Positions 51,061 to 62,265 of a stretch of DNA of 64,000 nucleotides are shown here, one piece after another. Position 1 is the first letter of the stretch, and each line of letters begins with the position of its first letter. Source of the stretch: Pavona decussata (Eukaryota); assembly GCA_977016875.1 (NCBI GenBank), contig CDRNST010000104.1, forward strand, positions 5,332,001 to 5,396,000, written 5' to 3'. The notes under the pieces are model-generated. The model saw nothing but the letters and a program-made list of their open reading frames with translations. It searched no databases and was not told the origin of the DNA. The translations under genes and the position numbers were made by a program.

Positions 51061-51424
51061 CTGAATTCCTACAAGGGTTTGATGTAGTCTTTGTCCAGTC
51101 CCACCCTCAGGCATTTGACTGACAAATTTACCACCAGAATGTACTCAGAAAGGGAAATAAACTTTCCAACATGAGGGAATTTGACCTGATTTTGGCCATT
51201 TTGTTTCCCTTGGAGGGGCTTTTGATAAAAGTTCAAATCTCCACCCCTTGCCTGATTCCTCACCCTCGCTTAATCATGCAATCTCTTAACTCTGAAATTC
51301 ATACCCAAATTCATTCCACAATCCATAATGACACGTTACAATGACCTTCATTCGCTTGTGATCCTAACAAATTATAAAAGGCTTGTTCTCATCCACTTGT
51401 ACTTCTGCTCTGTAATTCTTTCAA

Positions 51425-51780
51425 GTAATATGTCAAAAACGAGGGCGAGTGCTTTATCACGGGTTCCAAATACCGAGAAACAGATGAAAGCACGAGGTCG
51501 CAGGCCGAGTGCTTTCATCTGTTTCGAGGTATTTGGAACCCGTGATAAAGCACGAAGCCCGAGTTTTTGACATGTCTTCTCAAATGAAACAATAAGAAAT
51601 TAATCTCATTAAAATGCAAAAGTTTGATCTCAGATGAAAAACATGTTTCATCTCAGATGAAAACCTGGTGGTGTTTCATCTGGTGTTTCATTGGGGTATC
51701 AAGATTCATCCACCTGACCGAAATGGAGGTCATTTATTGGCTTTTGACTGCATGAATTATTAATGAGTTTGAGAATTTCC
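51425..51780. mobile_element. Short non-autonomous element with a ~145-bp hairpin
   Basis: ATGTCAAAAAC...GTGCTTTATCACGGGTTCCAAATACC..GAAACAGATGAAAGCAC (51429-51493) pairs with 51509-51573 around a GAGGTCGCAGGCCGA loop. Confidence 0.75.
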
Positions 51781-51799
51781 ACTGAAGGTTTTCTTTAGC

Positions 51800-52324
51800 T
51801 AGTCTTAATGTCACTTTGCATAAGACCATAGAATTTAGAAAAATCACAGAACAATTCCTTTGAGTGAACTTTACAACGAAGTCCTCTACTGATACTTCAA
51901 ATGCTTAAACTCCTTTTCTGATTGCATCCCTGATGTAGTTGAATGTTTCCTAAGGAAGATCACGTTTTATCTCAATACACCATGAGTCTCTAGCCTTGGG
52001 GGTGGCTAACATTCGCCTATTTATACATTTCACCCACATTAAAACTTCTCCACTGATCATTGGCCAAACACTTGCTCTTGACAACAGAACTTGATCCATA
52101 TTATTCCTTTTGGCTTCATGCCTTTTGAAGACATTCTCTAAACAACTACTCGCCTCTACCTGAAAGGTGGGATAATCGTCCAAAAGCTGCCTCAAAGGAG
52201 GAAAGTTGTTTCAACAAAGTTTTATGACATCTTCCAGGCTACAATCCAGCTCTTTGGAGTAGCCACCACTGTTACCGTTTGAACAAACGTCCTCCAGCAC
52301 TCATTTCACAGTGATGGACGCCAT
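51800..52324 (-). pseudogene. Degenerate ORF of unknown family (RDLPxExF motif), copy B
   Basis: MASITVK* at 52324, frameshifting into ORF 52195-51950 (RRMLATPKARDSWCIEIKRDLP*ETFNYI). Confidence 0.45.
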
Positions 52325-52849
52325 ATTGGTATACGGGATAGCCGCTGACTAACTCCAGTACCTTAATGATGACTTTCTAGAGACAGCTGACCCGGCATGT
52401 TGGTATCAAAAATTGATATGGAGCCTTAAATTTACAATTTTCAAGAAAACTCAAGAATGTTTTAAACTTGAATAATAAAATAAATATTTACATTTTCGTG
52501 TTTGCAGTAATTCTAACAAGAAAACACAATGACCTGAATACGGATGTCTTGTAGCTACAAAGTAAAGTGAAAAAAGCGTGAAAGAACCTTGAAGTCTACT
52601 GGATTGAAAACAGAACAAGTCAGCAACAAACTAAGGGGGGCAAAATCAGCCTCCACAAAATTGAAAAGACATTTAAAAAAAAAAAGTTGGAATTGTAAAT
52701 AAGACAACTAGGTATTCCCTTGTGGATGGCTTAAAATAGTTTGCGAAATGAAACAAAACAAAAGGAAATGAAAACAAATGAGGGGTAAAATAATGATATG
52801 AAGTGAGATCATTGTTCAGCTTGCGTTTTGATGTAACAAAATTGAAGAA

Positions 52850-53340
52850 TAAACACCGGAAGTGTAGAGTTTTGAAATTAAAGATCTGTATTTTGCGAAA
52901 CAAGCTCTTTTCAGATCGCAGCAAACTTCAACTTGTTTTATTACATGCGTAAATGCTTTTTGTAAATATTCCCAACGACGATGAATTCTAAACAAAAAGC
53001 GGCGAGCCAAAAGTTCAGAAATGCCGTTCTTGTCAGATCACAGCAAACTTTTACCTCCTTCATTACATTCGTAAATACCTTTCGTAAATATTCCTCGTTG
53101 TAATGATGAATTCTGAACAAAGTGGGGCAAGCCACAAGGTCAAAAAAAACTGTTTCGAAATTAAATCAGATTTGTAACAAAGAATAGACACTGGAAGTGC
53201 AGAGTTTTGAAATTAAAGATCTGTATTTTGTGAAACGAGCTCTTTTCAGATGGCAGCATACTTTAACTTGTTTCATTACATACGTAAAAGCTTTTCGTAA
53301 ATATTCCTCATTTCAATGATGAATTCTGAACAAAAAGCTG
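52850..53340. repeat. Compound direct repeats (3 copies of a ~90-120-bp subunit, 2 of a 60-bp leader)
   Basis: TCAGAT(C/G)(G/A)CAGCA.ACTT...GATGAATTCT(G/A)AACAAA at ~52911, ~53033 and ~53246. GGAAGTG.AGAGTTTTGAAATTAAAGATCTGTATTTTG at 52858 and 53193. Confidence 0.85.
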
Positions 53341-54458
53341 GGAAATTTCATTCAAATACTTATATATTCGGGCATGGTATGATGTCCCATGTGATACTAA
53401 CTAAACTAACATTTTGTGCCTTATTTCTAGCCTTTATAAATGGATGCCCTGTATTTTGCAAAAGCAAGAAAGGCTTAAACATAAGCGAAATTTTCGAAAT
53501 CTGCACACGCCAGAAAGCGCCATCAGCTTATGTGTGCTGCAAGGTTCCCTCGGCCAGTTTGAGAGAACGCTGCCTTTGTCATGGACACCTATGGTGGCCC
53601 ATGTGTGCCATACGAAAACGCTGTTGAACGACCAAACATTCTTGGATTTTTTTTTATGAAAAAACATTTTTTTAGAAAAAATGATCACTTATTTTTAATT
53701 CATATATTTCTTTTATTTTTTATTTAAAAAAAAAACATTTTTTATTACTTAGTTTTAATGCAATTTTTTTTTATTTTTCAATTTTTTTTTTAATTATTAT
53801 TATTTTTAATTTACTCAAAAAATAAAAGAAAGGAAATAAAAAAATTAAAATATATAAAAAGAAAAATAAAAAAGATACGAGTATAGCCTACAAGTGCCAT
53901 TGCAAAAATAAAATTGAGTGGCCTATGTGTGCCATAGACCAAGATGCATTGAAAGTGCGAGTGTGTACGACATCAATGAGAAAGTTATCAAGCGATCAAG
54001 TGGAAATCGGTAAATAATGAGCTTGTTTTGCACTGTTCAATCATGTCCAAGAGAAAGCGGAATCCTAAGTGGGATGACTATAAAGAGAAGATGTCAAACA
54101 AAAGAACAGGGAAGCATAATGAAGGGAGTTGCAGCAGTAGCTTGGATAATATCACAGTACAAACGCTGTCTTCAACTGTCGAGGGAAAGTGCCAAAAATA
54201 TTCTCGCATCTGACGATAGTTCCTCTGGGTTGTGAGCCAACTTTAAGCAACATGAAGAAGGCCTGCACAAATCACTTCAAAATATGGGAAATGGAATGCG
54301 ACTTACTCGCTGGCGAAAGAGGGCCATCGTTCACCGACATCAGTATGATAACTAATTGGAAGGTCCTTCACATTCGCTTTATTCCAAAGTCGAACGAAGT
54401 GTGCGATCCTTCGCGAGGCCTGAAGACCAGGAAAGAAGTTACAGCAAGCCCTGAAGTC

Positions 54459-57400
54459 TATGGAAGGCGGAATGGTGCAAAATTCAAGGAATCAAAATCG
54501 CTTCCAACATCAACAGCCAACCTGCAGTTCAACATTTTCTTTCTAGATCAACAATAAAATCCGTCCAACTTCAACGGCAAATACAATAACCAACAACGAA
54601 AGTAAGTCAACACCAACAACAATTCCTCTCGTCTTCAACAACGAATCACCTCAAAACCAACATCGAACAGAGTCTCAACTTCAACAACCCAAAATTCGTT
54701 CAACAATTTGGGGACGAGCGACTGGCTATGGTCGGGGGAGGTTGGGACCGAAAAAATCCATTGTACGGGAAATAGAAGATGGCGGCCGGCGGAGCTGCTA
54801 GCCATAGTATCGGATGGGACTTGTTTTCTTATAGATTTGGAACAGCTAGTCTTAGATTATGAGCAATTGAAAGCGTCAAACTTTACTACAAACTATTCAT
54901 TAGACAAAACTCTTTGTTAAAGGTTTGAAAATGCTATCCAAGCTTTACGAAACGTGCTTTCTCATGTCCATCATTCACATTCAGTTGCTGCTATATTGTC
55001 AGAAATGCACACGATCTCCAGCTAATGTACTGGGACTATATTAGTCATGGTGATTTTCCTTGTCGCTCGAGATGCTCTCAAGTAGCAGTTTTGTCATTTA
55101 ATTTACCAGAAAGTGTTAAAACCAGGCATCCAGGAAGACCCAAGTTTGATATACATGAGGAAACTCTACTTTTTTTTTTTGAGCTGAGGTCACTGGGCTT
55201 TAACTGGAATGAAATAGCTCGAATGTTATTGGTATCACGCTGGACAATTCAGCGCAGAGTGGCTGAGTTTGGACTAGAGCATTTGTCAAAATTTGACGAA
55301 ATTAGTGATGATGAGGTGGACCAAAAAGTTAGGAACTTTATGCAACAACATGGTTGCTTTGTTGGACCATCCATGATTCGTAGATATTTTCACTCTCGGG
55401 GAATTAGAATCCAGCGAGATCGCATTCGTAAGAGTCTAGCAAGAATTGATCCCAGAAATGCAAGAATTTGATGGGCCATTACCATCTCTCGACATGCATA
55501 CTGTGTGCCTGGCCCAAACAGCTTGTGGCACCTAGATGGCCATCATTCTCTGGTATCTTGGGGATTTGTTATACATGAAGCTATTGATGGCTATTCACAT
55601 TTAATCACTTATCTTCACTGCTCAAGCAATAATCGCAGCGAGACAGTAAAAGAATTGTTCTTAGATGCCGTCCAGTCATTTGGAATGCCTTCAAGGGTCC
55701 GGACAGATCAAGTTGGGGGAAAATGTTGGTGTCTGGCAAGAAATGGAACAAAAAAGAGGCCCAAACAGGGGAAGCTACTTGGCAGGCACATCAACCCACA
55801 ACCAGAGAATCGAACGGCCCTGGCGTGATGTCTTTCGTTGTGTGGCCCACATTTTTTACTACACATTCCAGGTAATGGGAGAGAATGGTTTATTGAATAT
55901 GGATAACCCAATTCATAAATCTGCTCTGCATTATGTGTTTCTACCCCGTATAAACAGAGCTATTACAAGCTTTGAAACAGCATGGAATAACCATCCTCTT
56001 AGAACTGAGCACAACTGGAGCCCACAGAGAATCTGGTCCAATGGTATGGTTGATATCAGAAACCGTACTTTGACTGCAGTAGCAGAAATCGCTGAGGCGG
56101 AGCCAGATGTTGATGATTTAGAGTGGTATGGATTTGATCCAGCTGCACCTATACCAATGGATGACGAATTACCCACAGTGGAAGTTGATGATGCCACTCT
56201 ACCCTCAGATCGTATCTTAGACCAGCTATGTTCTATGGTTAATCCACTACAAGAATCAAATCGTCATGGAATTGACATATACACACATTGCCTTACTACT
56301 CGTCAAGGTCTAGTTGCTAATGAGTAATGTACACAGAGAAAGGCTGAACATTTTGGGGGTCAGAGTACAGTACAGTATTAGTACAGGACCTCCTCCCCTT
56401 CTCTCAGAGATGTTGGTCAGTGGGGTGGTATCTTGGCAATCTTTGTACAACAGTACCCCTCTCATTTGCCCCTCCTCGTCCATACTGCCTTCATTGTGCT
56501 TGGATTCAGAGAATAATGGACCATAGAAAGGAAGCTACTAATTGAACAGTACATGCATGTTGGTATATTTCTCACATGTTTATTACCTACTTGTTACAGC
56601 TGTTCATGGACTACAGACCAACAGTAAACGGATTGCTTTGGGTTTCCAAAGCATTGTAGGCATGCTAACAGAATTTGAACAAATGCATAATGCTTGAATA
56701 TGAAAATATTATTTTACTTAAACTCTCTGGTTCGGAGTGCAGGTATCAGAACCATGAAACTCTACTAAATCAAAATAGCACTATTTCTGTTCTGTGCTTT
56801 TGTTAGCCGTAAATATTGAAGAGTATTTCCTGTGTCTAATGTCTGCACTCTAGCTTCTAATGCTTTCCTGAGTGTTCTGTTGTGTTTACAAATACGCTTT
56901 AACTAAAATCACATTGTTTGTTTTATACTAAACAGTTGTGTCCAACTCAGCGTGCAAATTGTACAAGAGGGTCCACAATATGCCCACAAACCCTGATTCC
57001 CACTTATTTTTTCTTGGACTCCTGAATTCTAAAATAGCTAAGAATTCCTGAATATCTAAAGTTGGATTTAACATCCTGAATCTTGTGTCACCAGAAGCCT
57101 ATATGTTGTAAAGTGGAGTAGGAATTAAGTAAAATCCCACATTTTACATTCCTAAAACCGATTGTGTACCCTCCAAGAACTTACAATTTTCATACTGTCA
57201 ATTTAGCAGACACAAACTTTGTTACATTTTTCAAGTGTATCTTATTGTTTTTTAGATTAAAATTTCAACCTTTGTCTTGTAAAATAAATGTTGATCTGAT
57301 TTTAATTTCAACTATTGAATTACAGGGGAAGGTCACCATGGTTGCACTCCAAAATGATTGGGAGGTGCAAATTTGTGGTAAATAAATTATAATCCCTCAA

Positions 57401-58648
57401 AACTCCCCCAGGCTTGAAGGAAAACCTAAAAAATCTCGTTAATAAAAGATACAGATGAAAAAAATATCACAATCAAATTTGGATCTGCAAAAAGTCAATG
57501 ACAGATAAAGGGGGAAACAAAGATGACCCAAGTGAAAGATATTAAGTGTTCCTTGTGCAAAAGAGAATTCAAGTGGAAAGCGGCAGGGATATTTTTACTG
57601 TAGCACTTTTCCCTGGACTTTTGTGAGGCCTATATGTTTGAGTGGTCATTGAGTCACGGTGATTGCAAACAGTGCGATGCAAATAAATAAAAAAATAATA
57701 GTAACTATAATAAATGCCTCTTTTCTGACACAATGCCCCTGTCAAATATCTATTTCTTTACGTATTGAAACACTCGTTTACTGCCAATTCTCCATTGTTT
57801 TCACTAAAAAACAAATTTCCTTGTAAAATAAAACTACTCCACAGAATTCACAGCAAAAATTTCTTACCCCACACCCTTAAAAAACATGGCAGATTCCAAA
57901 TCCCCCAATGCATCACACCTCCTGTGACCTCAGCTCAATTAGAGTTTCCTCATGTATATCAAACTTGGGTCTTCCTGGATGCCTGGTTTTAACACTTTCT
58001 GGTAAATTAAATGACAAAACTGCTACTTGAGAGCATCTCGAGCGACAAGGAAAATCACCATGACGAATATAGTCCCAGTACATTAGCTGGAGATCGTGTG
58101 CATTTCTGACAATATAGCAGCAACTGAATGTGAATGATGGACATCAGGAAGCACGTTTCGTAAGGCTTGGACAGCATTTTCAAACCTTTCACGAAGAGTT
58201 TCGTCTAATGAATAGTTTGTAGTGAAGTTTGACGCTTTCAATTGCTCATAATCTAAGACTAGCTGTTCCAAATCTATAAAAAACAGGTCCCATCCGATAC
58301 TGTGGCTAGCAGCTCCGCCGGCTGCCATCTTCTATTTCCCGTACGATGGATTTTTTCGGTCCCAACCTCCCCCGACCATAGCCAGTCGCTCGTCCCCAAA
58401 TTGTTGAACGAATTTTGGGTTGTTGAAGTTGAGACTCTGTTCGATGTTGGTTTTGAGGTGATTCGTTGTTGAAGACGAGAGAAATTGTTGTTGGTGTCGA
58501 CTTACTTTCGTCGTTGGTTATTGTATTTGCCGTTGAAGTTGGACGGATTTTATTGTTCATCTACAAAGAAAATGTTGAACTGCAGGTTAGCTGTTGATGT
58601 TGGAAGCGATTTTGATTCCTTGAATTTTGCACCATTCCGCCTTCCATA
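54459..58648. mobile_element. IS3EU-type DNA transposon, 4190 bp, with ~730-bp inverted arms
   Basis: Ends TATGG...CCATA with a perfect 6-bp TSD GAAGTC (54453-54458, 58649-58654). Arms lie at 54459-55193 and 57924-58648. Confidence 0.9.
54779..56327 (+). pseudogene. IS3EU/integrase-core DDE transposase
   Basis: GRPKFDI, HTH (WNEIARMLLVSRWTIQRR), then PGPNSLWHLDG..IDGYS..NNRSETV..PSRVRTD..GEN..STHNQRIER.WRDV..WNNH. Contains stops and frameshifts. Confidence 0.9.
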
Positions 58649-58915
58649 GAAGTCCGAGGAGGTAAGACGACCTCAAGCACCACCAACGCCTTCTAAAATC
58701 CCTGCTTCTGTTCCACTTAGTGCCATGCTTCAAATTGGGAAGCTTATCCAGCCCAAAGTTGACACTGTAACAGTAGAACTTGAACAGTTCGACTTAAAAG
58801 CGAGGGAATGACTGCCACCATTCAAAGCAAAACTCACCGAGCAAGGAGAAATTTGCCAGCGGGGTATTTAGAGATGCCTACGAAGCCACAAATCAGTGAC
58901 GTGTATTCACCCATC

Positions 58916-60031
58916 TCAAAGCATGTTTGGGTCAAACATTGATTTCAAAAATCTATACACATCAGCTGCTTCAGCAGGCTCAACACTATCAGGGCTTGGT
59001 AAATGCCTTTAGCATTCCCTTCGAAAAGCTACTCTTAAGTAGTCGTCTGTTCCTTCCAAAACATCTGACAAGTCAGTCACTTCCTCTAGCTTCTCCTCTG
59101 TTATGTGGAAGCCATATTTCTGTCCACCATACCGTTCCGGGAAGTTGTAAATATGTTCTGGTATGCCACATGGCAGTTCCCTTTCTTTCTGTTGACCGGT
59201 CCTATGGTTGTTCCAGACTGATGTTTGGAAGACCTCAAGCTCTTTTTGTAGAACTGGGATATAAATGTAAATAAGGAGATTTCTGTAAAAGAGCAAGGTA
59301 TCATTAACTTCTGGTTCACACAAGTATATTAAGGCAGCTTTTCAGTTTATTTCACAATATGCGTCACTTTATGCATACCAGGCACACACAGTTTCGTCAG
59401 TCGCTTAGGAGCCCCCAAAAAGGCAATGCAGGGCTTATTAAAAATGTTCACGCTTCAGTGCCTAAACAATGAATCAGGTAGACAAAAAAAGGATTTTGGA
59501 GAAAAATACTATTTAAAAAAAATTAATACAATAAGCCCTATTTAATCAATTTGTTGAGTACAGTCTGTAAGCATGATCAATCATTGACAATAGTAACACT
59601 CCTATTTATTCTAATTTCCTGCTCATCTGTTTTACCTCATAAATACATGAATCACTAAATAAATAAATAAATTAATTAATTAATTAATTACATAGTTATA
59701 GTTTCATTAATGTCATTTTCCTCATTCTCTGGCTCGAAAATAGGCGAGCATCCATGGAAAGCTGTCATATTCGAGGCCTACCTGTCTGTTCGGTTGCTGG
59801 AGTCGTAATGTCCACCCTCAACAAGAGATCTGAGTTGCGATTTAAAGTACTTCTCCATTCTGTCGTGGAGCTTCCTCCACCACCTTTCTATTTTATTCTG
59901 GGTTGATGGCCCATATAACACACTGTCAAGTTAATCATCTTAATCACCTTGTTTGCTTCGCAAGAAGCAATGGATGGTGGCCATTATATCAGTTTCTGTT
60001 CCCCTATCTATTCTCAGCGTTCTAGGCAATA
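58916..60031 (-). pseudogene. Second, intron-containing integrase-core transposase (C-terminal two exons)
   Basis: Exon 60031-59782 (LPRTLRIDRGTET..MATIH.FLR...YGPSTQNKIERWWRKLH) splices GT-AG in phase to exon 59282-58916 (NLLIYIYIPVLQKEL...WNNHR...LPCGIPEHIY.FPE.YGG). Three in-frame stops. Confidence 0.85.
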
Positions 60032-60798
60032 CTAAAAGATAAAAACAATATTCACAGCAGTGCTTTACTTCATTGGCCTTACCACAGTTAAAGAGGCATG
60101 ATATGAGAATAGGAATTTTACATAGTACAATTGCAATGGAAAAGGCAGCTCTAATACTTTAAATGATGAACAACCTCGTGCATTGGCTCTTTAACATACT
60201 ATAAAACAAATTGGTCATGTAATGAATTGTAGGATGTTTCAAATTATGCCTTTAGTAAACTCAGTGTGACTCACAATTCTGAGAAACGGGTAAGAAATGT
60301 ATTAAGGAATTCTACCTAAAATTCACGCATCATTGGTTGCAAAACATGGAATAAATCCACTTGCATTCAGTAATGTTATGTGCTATCCCACCACTACTGT
60401 ACTAACATTGGGTAAGGGAAATGGTTAGTCTTGAATACCAAATCATCTGTTTACTGTCAAAGGAGAATCCGACCTCATATCTTTTGACAATGTCGTAATA
60501 ACGCTGCCCTCAGACCTGATTTGCTCACTGCTGCTGCTCCTATTGTCTCTGATCAATGATTTAGATATTCTGAGAAGCAAAAAGTTGAACTTTTTCTATT
60601 TGGCTCAACTTTACTGGCAAATAGCGAAAATATTTCTCTCATGTTCAGCACTTTATAAGAGAGTCTAACCATTTTTCTTTTTTCTTTTGTAGTCACTATA
60701 ACTAACTTAATACTTGAGTCCGTGTCTGTGTCAATTCTATGTTGTAATTTAAAGTTTAGGTTTAAGCCCCCTGTGATGAGCTTAGTTACCGCTTGAGG

Positions 60799-62265
60799 TA
60801 GCCTGCGGACAGCAGACGTATTTCCGGTCGTACCTCCGAAAAAATAACGTCTGCGATCTCGAGCTCCAAAACGATTTCCGTGACGCCAATAGTTCTTCAC
60901 CAATCAGAATTCGGCTCTTCGGTTTATGAAGCTAACACACATGGGCTTTACGTGGGGATCTTGATGTCCACGAGAAAAACAAAATGGCGGAAGATGGGGA
61001 GAGTTCACTAGATCACGCATTTGCCAAAGCATGTGACATTTTCGGCTTTGAGAAGCTTAACCCTTTGACTCCTGTTGTGTTTCCATAGGTTTCGCATAAA
61101 TTAACTTTTTCCCAGAGCGGTTTAACTTACTAATGCACAGTAGATAAATAAATATTGTTGGCTTACAAAATAAATTGCAGATTAAACTGGAATGATTAAA
61201 CAAATGTTTTCTGACATAAAATAATATGGTTACCTATTAATCATTTGCCGAAAAATACACTTGAACGCAACAATTGCTAAAATTCACGGCATATTGATGA
61301 AGACCTTTGGCATATCAAATGTCAACCCACTTATACAAATTGTCCTTGATTACGCATCTGTCGCCTCTCAAACGGATATATGAATTCACAAGGACACAAA
61401 AATCAACAAAAAGCTTTTCCAACAAAACATTTTAATGAAATAAACAATACATTTGCTATTACAGGCAAAACCCTTTCAGTTTTTTTGCGTGCCTGCAAAC
61501 ACGCATGTAAAATTTCAAGACACTCCGTGTTTGTTTAAAGTGATCACTCGCAGTATTAAAATTCGGGCACGCTTGCGATGAAAATTACAGAAATTACAGA
61601 ATTCTGGTTCAAATCATCACTTAAACTATTTTTTAAAAGCAAATCAACATCGGAAAACATCATTTACCGTGTTGTCGCCATTGCCCTGGTCTTATAAAGT
61701 CTGTTTGAAGCCCGAGGTTCGGTTTTAATTTTTGAGTCAGTTTTGTTGAATCTTTCGATAATCTTTTGATACGGAGAGGTCCGTTGTTTTCAAATTTCTG
61801 CTTGATAGCATCGAAGATCTGGTTGATGTTTTTAAGGCCTTGATGTAGGCATTCAACATGTTATAACACAAGTGACATATCGGGAGATTCTCGCTGCCGA
61901 CGTAAACAGACAAATCAACTCCAAGTGAGCGATGAATTAACGCACCAATTTCCAGTTCGCCCGTGCCAAAGATCTTCACTTTCTTCTTCAGAATGGGAAT
62001 TTTATCCTTACTCAAGAACAATCTCCTTCGGCCGAGGTAACTTTTTTCGGCGTTTCCGCACTCATGGCTACTTATGCCACTTCTGAAGCACTTGTCGGTC
62101 CTTGCGATTTCGCGCCTGTTATCAATAACATCTTTCTATCACTCAATTTCATTGGTCGAGTAAAGAAGAAAAGAAATGACATCACGAAAATCGTTTCGGG
62201 GCTCGAGATCGCAGACGTTATTTTTTGGAGGTTTGACCGGAAATACGTCTGCTGTTCGCAGGCTA
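60799..62265. mobile_element. Internally deleted Academ (AcademH-like) element
   Basis: ~85-bp TIRs TAGCCTGCG(G/A)ACAGCAGACGTATTTCCGGTC. Flanking 9-mers CGCTTGAGG and CTCTTGAGC match 7/9. Inward-facing gene starts: MAEDGESSLDHAFAKACDIFGFEKL (60984, +; RecQ-helicase-like leader) and MSAETPKK...ICHLCY (62065, -). Confidence 0.7.
61061..61620. mobile_element. Probable piggyBac-type end inserted at TTAA (other end not found)
   Basis: TTAA (61057-61060) followed by CCCTTTGACTCC truncates the helicase-like ORF. The right boundary is approximate. Confidence 0.45.

Larger units (their letters stand above)
39484..51077. mobile_element. Full-length CACTA/EnSpm-type (CMC) DNA transposon, 11,594 bp, with two divergent genes
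   Basis: Left end CCCTTACAGAATTTAAATATACTTTAAGTATACTT versus reverse complement of the right end CCCTTGTAGGAATTCAGTATATTTAAAGTATACTT. TT flanks both sides (39482-39483, 51078-51079). Contains subterminal palindrome arrays and a Tnp2-type transposase. Confidence 0.88.
54043..58890 (+). pseudogene. Alpha-kinase (eEF2K/MHCK-type)-like pseudogene, split by IS3EU and 3'-truncated
   Basis: The N-part (54043-54458: VQTLSSTVEGKCQKYSRI, CDLLAGERGPS..KVLHIRFI) resumes at 58655 with PASVPLSAMLQIGKLI...LEQFD...EKFASGVFRDAYEA. The last motif matches the alpha-kinase N-lobe FAxGxxRxAY. Several frameshifts. Confidence 0.6.

Noticed and set aside
58083-58560. Independent minus-strand genes (81 aa and 84 aa ORFs)
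   Set aside because: They are the inverted arm of the IS3EU element, copying 54459-55193.
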